A stretch of DNA of 64,000 bases from an uncultured Gemmatimonadales bacterium (GTDB taxonomy: Bacteria > Gemmatimonadota > Gemmatimonadetes > Longimicrobiales > RSA9): assembly GCA_963798085.1 (NCBI GenBank), contig CAWCRS010000007.1:320001-384000 (forward strand). The letters run 5' to 3'. Shown in pieces: positions 29,985 through 40,012 of the stretch. How positions within the stretch are numbered: the stretch's first letter is position 1; every line of letters starts with the position of its first letter. The notes under the pieces were generated by a model. That model ran no database searches, was not told the origin of the DNA, and saw only the letters and a list, made by a program, of their open reading frames with translations. Position numbers and translations under genes: made by a program.

Positions 29985-30865
29985 TTCAGTCGAAATCGGT
30001 TGCCCGGTGCCGGGCGCGCCGGGGCGGTGCGGGCAACCCCGATCCTGGGACGGATCGGTTCGGCAGATGTGGGCAAGGAGAGCCGGCGGTGCTTGATGGT
30101 CCGCAAGGACCTCATGCACCGCCGGTCTTGACGGCTCGGTGGGGTGACTCGCCGGGCCGTTGGCTTTCCATACACTGACACCGCCTCACCTCCACAACGG
30201 CAGCCTTCCAACAGCGTCAGATCCCTCGCAGGGAAACCGCGTCATTGCGCGGCCGCATCACCTGTGGTACAAGATGTGCGTAGTGAAAATTTCGCGCATT
30301 TGTGGCCGTTTTTTTTCCGCTGCGAGTCGGCCGCGGAATCGGCTCAATGCTCCACGCTGCCACTTGAGCGAGCCGTAAACACCACATCGGCGCACACACG
30401 ACTCGCCTTCGAGCGAGATCAGAATTTCTGACAATCCGGACGCGAACGCGACGTCGCAGTTGGACGCACGCGTGCTCACGACGACGGGTCTGACCGGCAC
30501 CTGAGGTCGGTGCCTCGCCGGAGAGGGCAATAACCGGGTCGCACCCGAGCCTCGTTCCCAGGAAACTGGAATCGGGCTCGACCGCCGGTTTCACACCCGT
30601 GCCGATGCGGGTGCCAGGGACGGGTGCGTCCACCACCCTCGGGTCGGCGAACCTCTGGACGAAAGGGGCGATGGAGCGCCGGAATCGGTGCCGGCGAGGA
30701 TCCGCGGAAGGGCACAGCAACGCGAGCACATTTTTGCGTGGGCGACGCATTGTTTTCCTCGACCAGCTCGGGCTGGCGACTTTTCCACAATCGTATAAGT
30801 GACTGCCGATGAAATACTTATGGTGCTTACCCTGAGACCGGAACGGAGCCTGAATCAGGTTACGA

Positions 30866-30966
30866 CCGCGCTGCTCAGAGCAAAACCGTCGAAAGGCGGT
30901 GACGCAGAGCTACGGAGCTTCGGTAGGGTCACTCCCACCCACCATGCCAGCCGGGCCGCCAGCGAC
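30866..30966 (+). ncRNA. GEMM-I (cyclic di-GMP-I class) riboswitch, A20 variant
   Basis: CAGAGCAAAACCGTC-GAAA-GGCGGTGACGCAGAGC...CATGCCAGCCGGGCCGCC: P2 stem with GAAA tetraloop, GACGCA junction, P3; in the 5' leader of the Ig-repeat lipoprotein gene. Confidence 0.88.
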
Positions 30967-30993
30967 TCGAAAAGAGTTGAATGGCGGCTTTTT
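30955..30993 (+). terminator. Intrinsic terminator (riboswitch expression platform)
   Basis: GCCGCCA..GACTC-GAAAA-GAGTT..TGGCGGC-TTTTT; the 5' arm is the 3' end of the aptamer. Confidence 0.8.
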
Positions 30994-31033
30994 GCTTGGT
31001 TGAAAACGCAGAGAATCCCTCCTACCCCACGGG

Positions 31034-34000
31034 ATGCAGATGACGCAGGTTTCTTTCCGCCCGTTGATGAAGACGCAGGCTCTGCTCCTCGCACTCATCA
31101 CGCTCCTCCCCGTAACGGCATGTCAGGATAAGGGCACGCCCCTTTCGACTGATCATATTCCGGCCAAGGGCCAGTTCATCGAGCTGGTTCCGAGCCTGGC
31201 AGAAATTCCTTCATCCGGTGATCGCGTTCAGATCATCGCCAATGTTCGCGACGCACTCGGCAAAGCGGTATCGAACCCGAGCATTCACTGGGAATCCACA
31301 GATACCAGCATTGCTTCGGTCGACGGTTCCGGAATGGTGACCGGTCTGGGCGAAGGCGTCGTCGAAATCAACGGCACGTATGGCAACATGACGGCCACTT
31401 CTGTCGTCGCGGTGGCGAAGAAGCGTCTGCAGAGAGGCACCGCCTCGGTAGCGATTTCGCCCACATCGGCCACGATCAATCTGGTGGGTGGCACCGTGAA
31501 GTTCCTGGCGGTGGCGCGCACCGGGTCGGGCACACTGGTTTCAGGCTCGCGGCTGAGCTGGCAGACCACGAACCCGAGTATCGCAACGGTGGATGGCAGC
31601 GGCGTGGTCGCGGGCGTCGCGTCAGGCGACACTCGCGTGATCGTTCACTACGAGTCTGTGGCGGATACGGCTGATGTCTCGGTGGCGCCGCCGACGGTGG
31701 CAGTCGCTCTGCACATCGACCCGAAGACGGACACGCTGCCAACGGTTGGTTCCACGCTGCAGATGCGCGCCAGCACGGTGAACGCCAGTGGCGATGCCGT
31801 GGCTGGAGCGAAGGTCACGTGGAGCACACTGGACCCGACGGTCGCGTCCGTGGGCACGGATGGTGGCGTGACGGCGCTGGCCAAGGGCGTAGCGCGGATC
31901 CGCGCGGCTTCCGGCACGCTCGCGGATACGGCACACCTCTGGATCGCACCGGCTCCCACGCCCGTGAACCTGTATGTGTCGCCGGCTTCCGATTCGATTA
32001 CGCAGGTGGGCGGCACGACGAAGCTGGTTGCCACCATGCTGGACGCCAATGGCCAGCCGGTTACCGGGCTGCTCGTCACATGGAAGAGCCTGACCGCTTC
32101 CGTCGCTTCTGTAGATGGAACCGGTCTGGTCAAGGGCCTGGCGAAGGGTACGGCGCGTATCACGGCGAGCTACAGCACTCTGCTGGATACGGCCGAGATC
32201 GCAGTTGCGATGGCGCCCACACCCACGGCACCCTTCCGTATCGTGCTTTCTCAGAAGGTGGATACAATCGCCGCTATTGGTGAGACGGTCGACCTGTCTG
32301 CGCACGTGTTTGATGCCAACAATCGCGAGTGGGCCACCGTGATGCCCACGTGGTCGAGCCTCGACGTGTCGATCGGTGCGGTTTCGCCGAGCGGCACGGC
32401 ATCGCAGACCGTGACGGTAAGGGCCGTGAACAAGGGCACGGCGCGTGTCATGGCGAAGTACGGAACCGCAGTTGACACCGCGCGCATTCTGGTTGCGCCG
32501 GTGGCGACGCCCACGACCAAACGCGTCACGATCCAGCCCAATCCGGACACACTGCTGGTCGGTGAAAAGCTGCAGCTGGTGGGCTACGACGCCGAGAACC
32601 AGCCGATCCCTAACAGCGGGTTGGTATGGAGCTCGCTCAATCCGGGCACGCTCTCGGTGACGGCCGACGGCCTCACTCAGGGCGTCGCTGCCGGCACCGC
32701 TCGCATTGTGGCCACTCGTTCCAACGGGGCGGACACAGCGACCTACTTCGTGCTGCCGTCCACAACGGTGCTCAGGCGGGTGGCGATCCGGCCCAACGCG
32801 GATACGCTGTACCACCGCGGCGACACCATGCAGCTGGAGGCGTACGACCTGGAGAACCAGGAGATTCCGAACGCCAATCTGGTCTGGAGTTCGCTGAATT
32901 CGAGCGTCCTCACGGTCGACGCGGACGGCATGATCACAGCCGGTAATGCAGGTACGGCCAGGGTCGTGGCGACATCCTTCAACGGCGCCGACACGGCCAC
33001 CTATGTCGTGCTGAATCAGTCCACAGGAACGGGTGGCGGCAGCACTTCGGGAAAGGCGTCGGTCGTCGTGAGCCCGCCCACCGCCAGCATCGTGGTAGGA
33101 GCCACGGCGGTGCTGAGTGCTACAGCCTGGGACGCACAGGGCAACGTCATGTCGGGCGCATCACTGACCTGGTCGAGCCTTGATCCCGCATACGCAAGCG
33201 TTGCCGCCTCGGGCGTGGTGACCGCAGTCGCCAAGGGCAGCGCCCGTATCAAGGTTGCCTACGGCGCAGTAGCGGATACGGCCATGATCACGGTCAACGC
33301 CGCTCCGAATACAGGCGGCACGCAACCGCCGGCGGGCGTCAATCTGACGCCGGTAGCCCTGCGGCCGCTGCTGGGTGCGCTGGTTTCGCGCAACACGACC
33401 GTTGCCGGCTGGCCCGCGCACTTCGATCAGAATCTGGATGCGGCGATCGCTCGCATGGTGGCGGAAGTCGCCAGCGGTTCGTACTGCAGCATTCCGGACT
33501 GCGCGGACCAGGACAATCCGCACTACGGCCCGCTGCGCATGGTGACCATGCGCAATATCCGGGCAGGCCTGCCGCTGGATCCGTCGGAGCCCGGCTTTGC
33601 CGCGGCGCTGAAGATCACGAAGGAAGCGATCCAGGGTTACTTCAAGCCGACCGGCACGTACCGCGTGTCGCAGGCCCAGCGTTATTCGATGGAGGCGGAT
33701 GCCGAGATCGTGTGGCAGCTGACGCAGAGTGGACAGCTCCACGACGCGCAGCTGGCCGCGGACGCGAAGGACTTCATTCAGTCGGCCGCAACCTGGTTGA
33801 GCACGTTCCTCACCACGTCAACCGAGAATCTCGACCACCAGTGGATGGATGAGCGCATTATCGCGATCGATCTGGATGTGTCGATGTCGGCGGAACGGAT
33901 GGGGCTTCCGTACGGCGTCAAGACGTTCGGCCTGATGCCATTCCAGCCGGCGGGCGTAAACTCGTGGAAAGATTGGATCGACTACGTAGCCGGTTATGTG

Positions 34001-34519
34001 AAGCGCATGCAGGACGCCACGTGCGCCCGCTGGTGCGGCACGAATGACCCACTTGGCAAGCCGATTCTTTACGGCAACATTCGGTACGGCATCAACGGCG
34101 GCTGGACGTCCGTCACGCAATACGTCAAGCCGTATCCGATCCTCTTCTTCGAGGATGCCATGCTGACGGACGCACTGCTGCGCGCGTGGCGGCTGTATGG
34201 CTGCGCCGCCTGCCGTGACCGTGCTATCGAAATGACGGCCGGCGTGCAGGAGCACTATGATGCGTCGCAGCACGCGCTGCCTTACCGCAGCCACGGCTCC
34301 AACATGTGGAACAGCGTGCACGACCTGGACAACTTCTGGGTACGGCCACTGCTCGAGATGTACGAGCTGACGGGCGCCTCGTGGATGCGTCAGACGGCGC
34401 TGCAGCTCCTCGACGCCAGCAAGAATGGCTCATGGACCTGGCGCTTCAAGCAGGCACAGGAGCTGGGTTCAGCAACGGATCCGCAGTCGGCTCAGGCCTG
34501 GCTGGCTGGGGTTCACTGA
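31034..34519 (+). CDS. Lipoprotein with ~7 Big_2 Ig-like repeats and an uncharacterised C-terminal helical domain
   Basis: Lipobox LPVTA|C; repeated WxSxDxxVASVDxxGxVTAxxxGxAxI units; Gly/Thr linker; ~400-aa C-terminal domain shared with the next two genes. Confidence 0.9.
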   Translation: MQMTQVSFRPLMKTQALLLALITLLPVTACQDKGTPLSTDHIPAKGQFIELVPSLAEIPSSGDRVQIIANVRDALGKAVSNPSIHWESTDTSIASVDGSGMVTGLGEGVVEINGTYGNMTATSVVAVAKKRLQRGTASVAISPTSATINLVGGTVKFLAVARTGSGTLVSGSRLSWQTTNPSIATVDGSGVVAGVASGDTRVIVHYESVADTADVSVAPPTVAVALHIDPKTDTLPTVGSTLQMRASTVNASGDAVAGAKVTWSTLDPTVASVGTDGGVTALAKGVARIRAASGTLADTAHLWIAPAPTPVNLYVSPASDSITQVGGTTKLVATMLDANGQPVTGLLVTWKSLTASVASVDGTGLVKGLAKGTARITASYSTLLDTAEIAVAMAPTPTAPFRIVLSQKVDTIAAIGETVDLSAHVFDANNREWATVMPTWSSLDVSIGAVSPSGTASQTVTVRAVNKGTARVMAKYGTAVDTARILVAPVATPTTKRVTIQPNPDTLLVGEKLQLVGYDAENQPIPNSGLVWSSLNPGTLSVTADGLTQGVAAGTARIVATRSNGADTATYFVLPSTTVLRRVAIRPNADTLYHRGDTMQLEAYDLENQEIPNANLVWSSLNSSVLTVDADGMITAGNAGTARVVATSFNGADTATYVVLNQSTGTGGGSTSGKASVVVSPPTASIVVGATAVLSATAWDAQGNVMSGASLTWSSLDPAYASVAASGVVTAVAKGSARIKVAYGAVADTAMITVNAAPNTGGTQPPAGVNLTPVALRPLLGALVSRNTTVAGWPAHFDQNLDAAIARMVAEVASGSYCSIPDCADQDNPHYGPLRMVTMRNIRAGLPLDPSEPGFAAALKITKEAIQGYFKPTGTYRVSQAQRYSMEADAEIVWQLTQSGQLHDAQLAADAKDFIQSAATWLSTFLTTSTENLDHQWMDERIIAIDLDVSMSAERMGLPYGVKTFGLMPFQPAGVNSWKDWIDYVAGYVKRMQDATCARWCGTNDPLGKPILYGNIRYGINGGWTSVTQYVKPYPILFFEDAMLTDALLRAWRLYGCAACRDRAIEMTAGVQEHYDASQHALPYRSHGSNMWNSVHDLDNFWVRPLLEMYELTGASWMRQTALQLLDASKNGSWTWRFKQAQELGSATDPQSAQAWLAGVH

Positions 34520-34774
34520 CCCTCACGCTGAAGTGATACAGACGGAGGCCTGCCGCGGCGATCGCTGCGGCAGGCCTCACTGCACGTGCACACGGCGCCC
34601 GGGCGATCAGGCTGCTGGCAGCGGCTCGCCGGAGGCCGTGACGCACCAGGGGCGGGCTGAAGGCAGAGAGCGAATGCGCGGCTTTGCCTGGTCCGCAATT
34701 CGCAGTACATTCGCCATTCCACACCCGTCCGCGGGCACGGATCCGCGCTGAACTGCAGACCGAATCAGACTGCG

Positions 34775-36105
34775 ATGCCGCAAACGAAGCTGTCGGAAGC
34801 TCAGCGCCATGCGGGACTGCTGCTGCTCATCCCTGTTCTGAGCGCCTACCTGACTGCCTGTTCGAGAGTGCCGGGCATCGTCGAGCCTGACCCGGTGCTT
34901 CCCACGCACGTTCAGGTGGATGGCGATCTCACGCCGCCCGCGCTCTATGGCGTTACGGGTTTTCTGATTGCGCGCAGCACGCCGGTAGCAGGATGGCCGT
35001 CGCATTTCGATCAGAATCTGGATGCCGCCATCGATCGCATGGTGGCGGAAGTTGGGGCGGGCTCGTATTGCAGCATCCCGGACTGCGCAGACGGTGACAA
35101 TCCGCACTACGGGCCGCTGCGCATGGTGACCATGCGCAATATTCGCGCGGGTCTGCCCCTCGATCCGTCAGAGCCGGGCTTTGCAGCCGCCCTGAGAATC
35201 ACGCGGGAAGCGATCGAAACCTACTTCAAACCGACGGGCACCTACCGCGTTTCCCAGGCGCAGCGTTACTCGATGGAGGCGGATGCCGAGATCGTGTGGT
35301 GGCTGACACAAAGAGGCGAGCTGGGCGACACGCAGCTGGCATCTCGATGCCAGAGACTTCATTCACTCGGCGGCGAACTGGCTGTCGACCTTTCTCACAA
35401 CCAAGACCGAGAACCTCGATCATCAGTGGATGGATGAGCGCATCATCGCGATCACGCTGGATGTGGCGATGTCTGCGGATCGCATGGGCATCCCGTATGG
35501 AGAGAAGTACGCGAACCTGGCGCCATTTCAGCCGGCGGGTGTGCACTCGTGGAAGGACTGGGTCGAGTACATTGCGGGATACGTGAAGCGCATGCAGGAT
35601 GCGACCTGCGCGCGCTGGTGCGGCCAGAACGATCCTCTCGGAAAGCCGATCGTGTACGGCAACATCCGCTATGGCATCAATGGTGGCTGGACGTCCGTGA
35701 GTCAGTATGTCCAGCCATACCCGATCCTCTTCTTCGAGGATGCGATGCTGGCGGATGCTCTCTTGCGTGCGTGGCGTCAATACGGTTGCACAGCGTGTCG
35801 GGATCGCGCCATTGAAATGACCGCGGGCGTGAAAGAGCACTTCGACCCGGCGCAGCACGCGCTGCCATATCGGAGCCACGGCTCCAACATGTGGAACAGT
35901 GTTCACGACCTTGACAACTTCTGGGTACGGCCGCTGCTCGGAGATGTACCAGCTGACCGGCGAAGCGTGGATGCGTGAGACCGCGGTGGATCTTCTCGAC
36001 GCGAGCCGCAACGGGGCCTGGACCTGGCGCTTCAAGCAGGCACAGGAGCTGGGCTCCGCGACAGACCCGCAGTCTGCGCAGGCGTGGCTGACCAGCATAC
36101 ACTGA
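34775..36105 (+). CDS. Lipoprotein paralog 2 (stand-alone helical domain), frameshifts at ~35345 and ~35940
   Basis: Lipobox YLTA|C; long stretches nearly identical to the C-terminal domain of 31034-34519 across three frames. Confidence 0.85.
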
Positions 36106-36175
36106 AGACGCCGGCCGCTTCCGCGACAGTGCCGACGAGGCTACAATCTCACTGCAGAGCAGCGGCGCCCGCCAC

Positions 36176-37527
36176 GTGCATGGGCAGGCCGGGCGACGGC
36201 TGACACATCATTTCCGCCAACAGGAACCTGCATCTGACCGCACTTCTTTTCGCATGCATTCTGCGGGCGAGCGCGACTGGCACTCCTGCCGACACTGGCC
36301 GGGTCCCGCCGGCTGCAGAGGTGCAGGCGATGGATCTGACGCCGCCCGATCTGCGGCTGCTTCTCGGGCCGCTGGTTCCGCGCGGCATGTCGGTGCCTGG
36401 CTGGCCCATTGATTTCGACCAGCATCTCGGATGCAGCCATCAATCGGATGGTGGGCGAGGTAGCGAGCAACTCGTACAGCTACATCACGGACAGCGCGGA
36501 CGGGGACAACCCCCACTACGGCCCGCTGCGCATGGTCACAATGCGCAACATCCGCGCAGGTTTGCCGCTCAACGAGAGCGAGCCGGGGTTCCGGGCGGCA
36601 TTGCAGATCACGCGCGAGTACGTTCGCCGTTACGCCGGACCCAATCGTTATACGGTGCTCGCCCACCGCAACTCGAACTGGTCGGACTGCGAGATCGTCT
36701 ACTGGGTCTACCGCAATGCGCCGGAAGGCGATGATAACAGGAAGCTGGCGGGCGAGTGTCGCGACTATCTCTGGATCGCGTCGCTGTGGCTGACGCGCCA
36801 TTTGACCAAGGACAAGGAAAACCTTTCGCACCAGTGGATGGATGAGCGCATCATTGCTCTTGCCATTGAGACTGCGCTGACCGCGGACCGCATCGGTATT
36901 CCTTATGGCGAGAAGAATCCGATCCGCCCGGATCTCGCTCCATTCGTGCCGGAGGGTGTGACGACCTGGAAGGGCTGGATCGGCTACATCAACGGGTTCG
37001 TCGATCGCATGCAGGCGGCCACAATGGAGCAGTTCGGCTCGAGGCCCGACCCCAATGGTCAACCGATCCTCGCGGGCAATCTCCGCTACGGCGCGAATGG
37101 CGGCTGGAAGTCGGTGGCCGCGTACGTGAAGCCTTACCCGATCCTTTTCTTCGAAGAAGCGATGCTGGCGAACGCCCTGTTGCGCGCAGGCCGCCAGTAC
37201 GACGATCCCGCGTCACGCGCCAACGCGATCGAGATGACGGCAGGCGTGCACGAGTTCTACAATGCAGCCCGCCATTGTCTGCCCTATCGCAGTCACGGCC
37301 CGGGTTCCGCCCCCCAGAAGCAGGACTACGACCTCAACAACTTCTGGGTGCGGCCGCTGCTGGAGATGTACCAGCTCACAGGCGAGGCCTGGATGCGGCA
37401 GACCGCGCTCGAGCTGTTGGGTGCCAGCCGCAACGGCGCCTGGCTGTGGCGCATGAAGCAGGCACAGGAACTGGGCTCGGCGACAGAGCCGCAGGCGGCA
37501 CAGGCATTGCTTGCAGGGCTGCGATAA
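36176..37527 (+). CDS. Lipoprotein paralog 3 (more divergent), frameshifts at ~36205 and ~36428
   Basis: LTALLFA|C lipobox-like segment upstream in frame; shared DNPHYGPLRMVTMRNIRAGLPL, HQWMDERIIA, YPILFFE, NFWVRPLLEMY. Start uncertain. Confidence 0.8.
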
Positions 37528-37839
37528 AACGCGGCCCGGGAGCCGGCCAATTTCAAGGCCGGTGCGTGGCGAGGGCAGGCGCAGCCTCGCCTTATGGCGG
37601 GTGTCCCGAGCAGCAAACGGAGTGCGGCGACTGGGCCGCCCTGTGTCGCGCAGACCCAACACAACCGATTCGCTCCGGCGAAACGGCCGCTGCCATGACC
37701 GCAGCGGGGGTCCGCGCCCATGACCGGCAGAACGGGTTCAGGTGGCATGAAGACAGTATTTGCACCAGGCAGAGCAAACACCATTGAGCGCCAGCCGGCA
37801 GGCAAAGGACGCGGAGCGGATCACGTGGATCGGGAGAAC

Positions 37840-38808
37840 ATGACCACAGCGACAGGCAAGATCCCGGCGGAGCTTGTGCAGCGGTTGTGTTGCCCGCGGT
37901 GCAAGGCGCCGGCCCGATTGGAAGGCCAGGAGCTGCGCTGTTCTGCCGCAGATTGTGCGGAGACCTACCCGATCGTCGCCGGCATACCAGTCATGCTGAA
38001 TGATGAGGCCAGCCTGTTCACCCGGGCCGGCATCGTCGCCATGATGGGCGAACCACCGCGCCGGGTCAGTCCGGTAAAGCAGTGGATCCGCTCGATCATT
38101 CCACCCATCAGCCGGAATTATCGCGCCGCAGAGAATTATGCGAAGCTGAGTCAGCTGCTGGCGCCGGCCGGTTGCGCCCACGTACTCGTGCTGGGCGCGG
38201 GCATTTCACCGGCCGGGCTCGATGCTCTCGAAAGGAGTACGCCGCACGTGTACATCGAGAGCGACGTGGTGCCCGGCCCGCGCACGGCGGTCATCTGCGA
38301 CGCGCACGACATTCCCTTCGAGGACCGCACCTTCGACGCGGTCATCATACAGGGTGTTATCTGTTGGCTGCAGGATCCGGTGAAGGCCGTCGGCGAGATC
38401 CATCGCGTGCTGAAGACGGATGGGCTGGTGTATGCAGAAACACCGTTCGTGCAGCAGAACACGGGCGGTCCCTACGACTTCGTGCGTTTCACGCACGTCG
38501 GGCATCGCCGGCTGTTCCGGCACTTCGCCGAGGTAGTCAGCGGTCCGGTGGGTGGGCCCGGCATGGTGCTGGCCTGGTCGTGGTCCCAGTTCCTGATGAC
38601 GCTCGCCGGCGGGGCGCGAACCACGCGTTCCGTGATGCGTGCCATTGCATCATTCACGTCGTTCTGGCTTCCCCTGCTGGATCGCTGGCTGGGCCGGCGA
38701 ACCGGCTCGGTGGATGGTGCATCGGGCGTGTTCTTCCTGGGCCGGCGTTCGGATGAAGTGATCGCTGATCGCGACGTCATCAAGACGTATCGCGGCCTCG
38801 TGCGCTGA
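37840..38808 (+). CDS. Class I SAM methyltransferase with N-terminal Trm112-like Zn knuckle
   Basis: LCCPRCK...C....C..YPIVAGIPVM; VLVLGAG, DAHDIPFEDRTFDAV, EIHRVLK. Confidence 0.85.
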   Translation: MTTATGKIPAELVQRLCCPRCKAPARLEGQELRCSAADCAETYPIVAGIPVMLNDEASLFTRAGIVAMMGEPPRRVSPVKQWIRSIIPPISRNYRAAENYAKLSQLLAPAGCAHVLVLGAGISPAGLDALERSTPHVYIESDVVPGPRTAVICDAHDIPFEDRTFDAVIIQGVICWLQDPVKAVGEIHRVLKTDGLVYAETPFVQQNTGGPYDFVRFTHVGHRRLFRHFAEVVSGPVGGPGMVLAWSWSQFLMTLAGGARTTRSVMRAIASFTSFWLPLLDRWLGRRTGSVDGASGVFFLGRRSDEVIADRDVIKTYRGLVR

Positions 38809-38816
38809 GCCTCGCC

Positions 38817-39926
38817 TCAGGACGACGAGCCTCCCGCATAGACCTCGAGGTAGGCGCGGGCCACAGCGGCTTCATCGTGATGTTCCAGCACGCGCCGCCG
38901 CGCGTCACGGCCCAGCTGTTCGCGCAACTGCGTGTTTACCACAACACCGCGCAACGCCTCAGCCAGTGCGCTGGCGTCACTGCCGGGGACCAGCACACCC
39001 CAGCGTCCGTCCCCCAGCAATCCCGGATTGCCGCCCACTGCGGTGGCCACGACGCAGCAGCCGCAGGACATCGCCTCCAGCGCGCTGATGGAGGTGCCTT
39101 CCAGCACCGAGGACAGAGCGAAGACATCGAATTCGCGATAGTAGTCGATCACGTTGGAGGTGGCGCCGCAGAGGAAGGCCGCCCGCTCGAGTCCCCGGTC
39201 ACGGATCTGCTGCTCCAGCTGCGCACGCAGCGGCCCATCTCCGACAATTACTAACGCCGTGTCAGGGCAGGAGCGGTGCACCTGCGCGAATGCGTCCACC
39301 AGCAGTGCGTGGTTCTTGACCGGATGCAGGCGGGCCACAGTACCGATCATGGCCACGTCGCGATCGAGGCCCAGCTCGGTGCGCAGCCAGCCGGTACGCG
39401 GCGCCGGCGAGAAATGCTGCGTGTCAATGCCGTTCTGGATCACGGAGATCTTGCGCCCGGGTACGTGAAAGGCGCGTATCAGGTGCTCGCGCAGAGACTG
39501 GGATACCGCCACGATGTGGCCGGTGACCCGGGCAGCGAGGTTGGAGTAGAGCGGAATGAACCAGGCGGGTTGCGGCCAGATCCCGTGCAGCGTGTAGACG
39601 GAACGGGGCACGCGCGCGATACGTGCAGCCTGTACTGCCTTGAGCCACGCGCCGCTGTGCACGTGGACGACGTCCGGACGGGATTCGCGGAACCAGGACG
39701 CGAGTGCAGTGGGCATGAGGTTGGTCCACACACCTGGCGTGGGTACCACCGTCACGCGGTGGCCTGCGGCCTTCAGCTGCTCGCCCAGCGGCCCCGGCCG
39801 CTCGATGCAGGTCACGCCCACATCATGTCCCATGGAGGACATGGTGCGCACCAGGCTGACAACAACCATTTCGAGTCCCGCCACATCGAGGAACGGGACC
39901 ACCATCTCTACGCGCAGGCGATTCAC
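38817..39926 (-). CDS. Glycosyltransferase family 4
   Basis: IQNGID, VARLHPVKN, GDGPLR, EGTSISALEAM; GTG start inferred. Confidence 0.92.
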   Translation of the reverse strand: MNRLRVEMVVPFLDVAGLEMVVVSLVRTMSSMGHDVGVTCIERPGPLGEQLKAAGHRVTVVPTPGVWTNLMPTALASWFRESRPDVVHVHSGAWLKAVQAARIARVPRSVYTLHGIWPQPAWFIPLYSNLAARVTGHIVAVSQSLREHLIRAFHVPGRKISVIQNGIDTQHFSPAPRTGWLRTELGLDRDVAMIGTVARLHPVKNHALLVDAFAQVHRSCPDTALVIVGDGPLRAQLEQQIRDRGLERAAFLCGATSNVIDYYREFDVFALSSVLEGTSISALEAMSCGCCVVATAVGGNPGLLGDGRWGVLVPGSDASALAEALRGVVVNTQLREQLGRDARRRVLEHHDEAAVARAYLEVYAGGSSS

Positions 39927-40012
39927 GCGCGCTGCCTCCGCGCGTCTCGATGCGCGACACCACCAGGATCTGGCCTGGTGCACCGGGTGCGGCCGGCCCG
40001 TGCATACATTGG

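Noticed and set aside
31150..33300. Repeats in the large lipoprotein gene as a CRISPR or DNA repeat array
   Set aside because: They are degenerate protein-level Big_2 repeats with no identical spaced DNA repeats; no cas genes seen.
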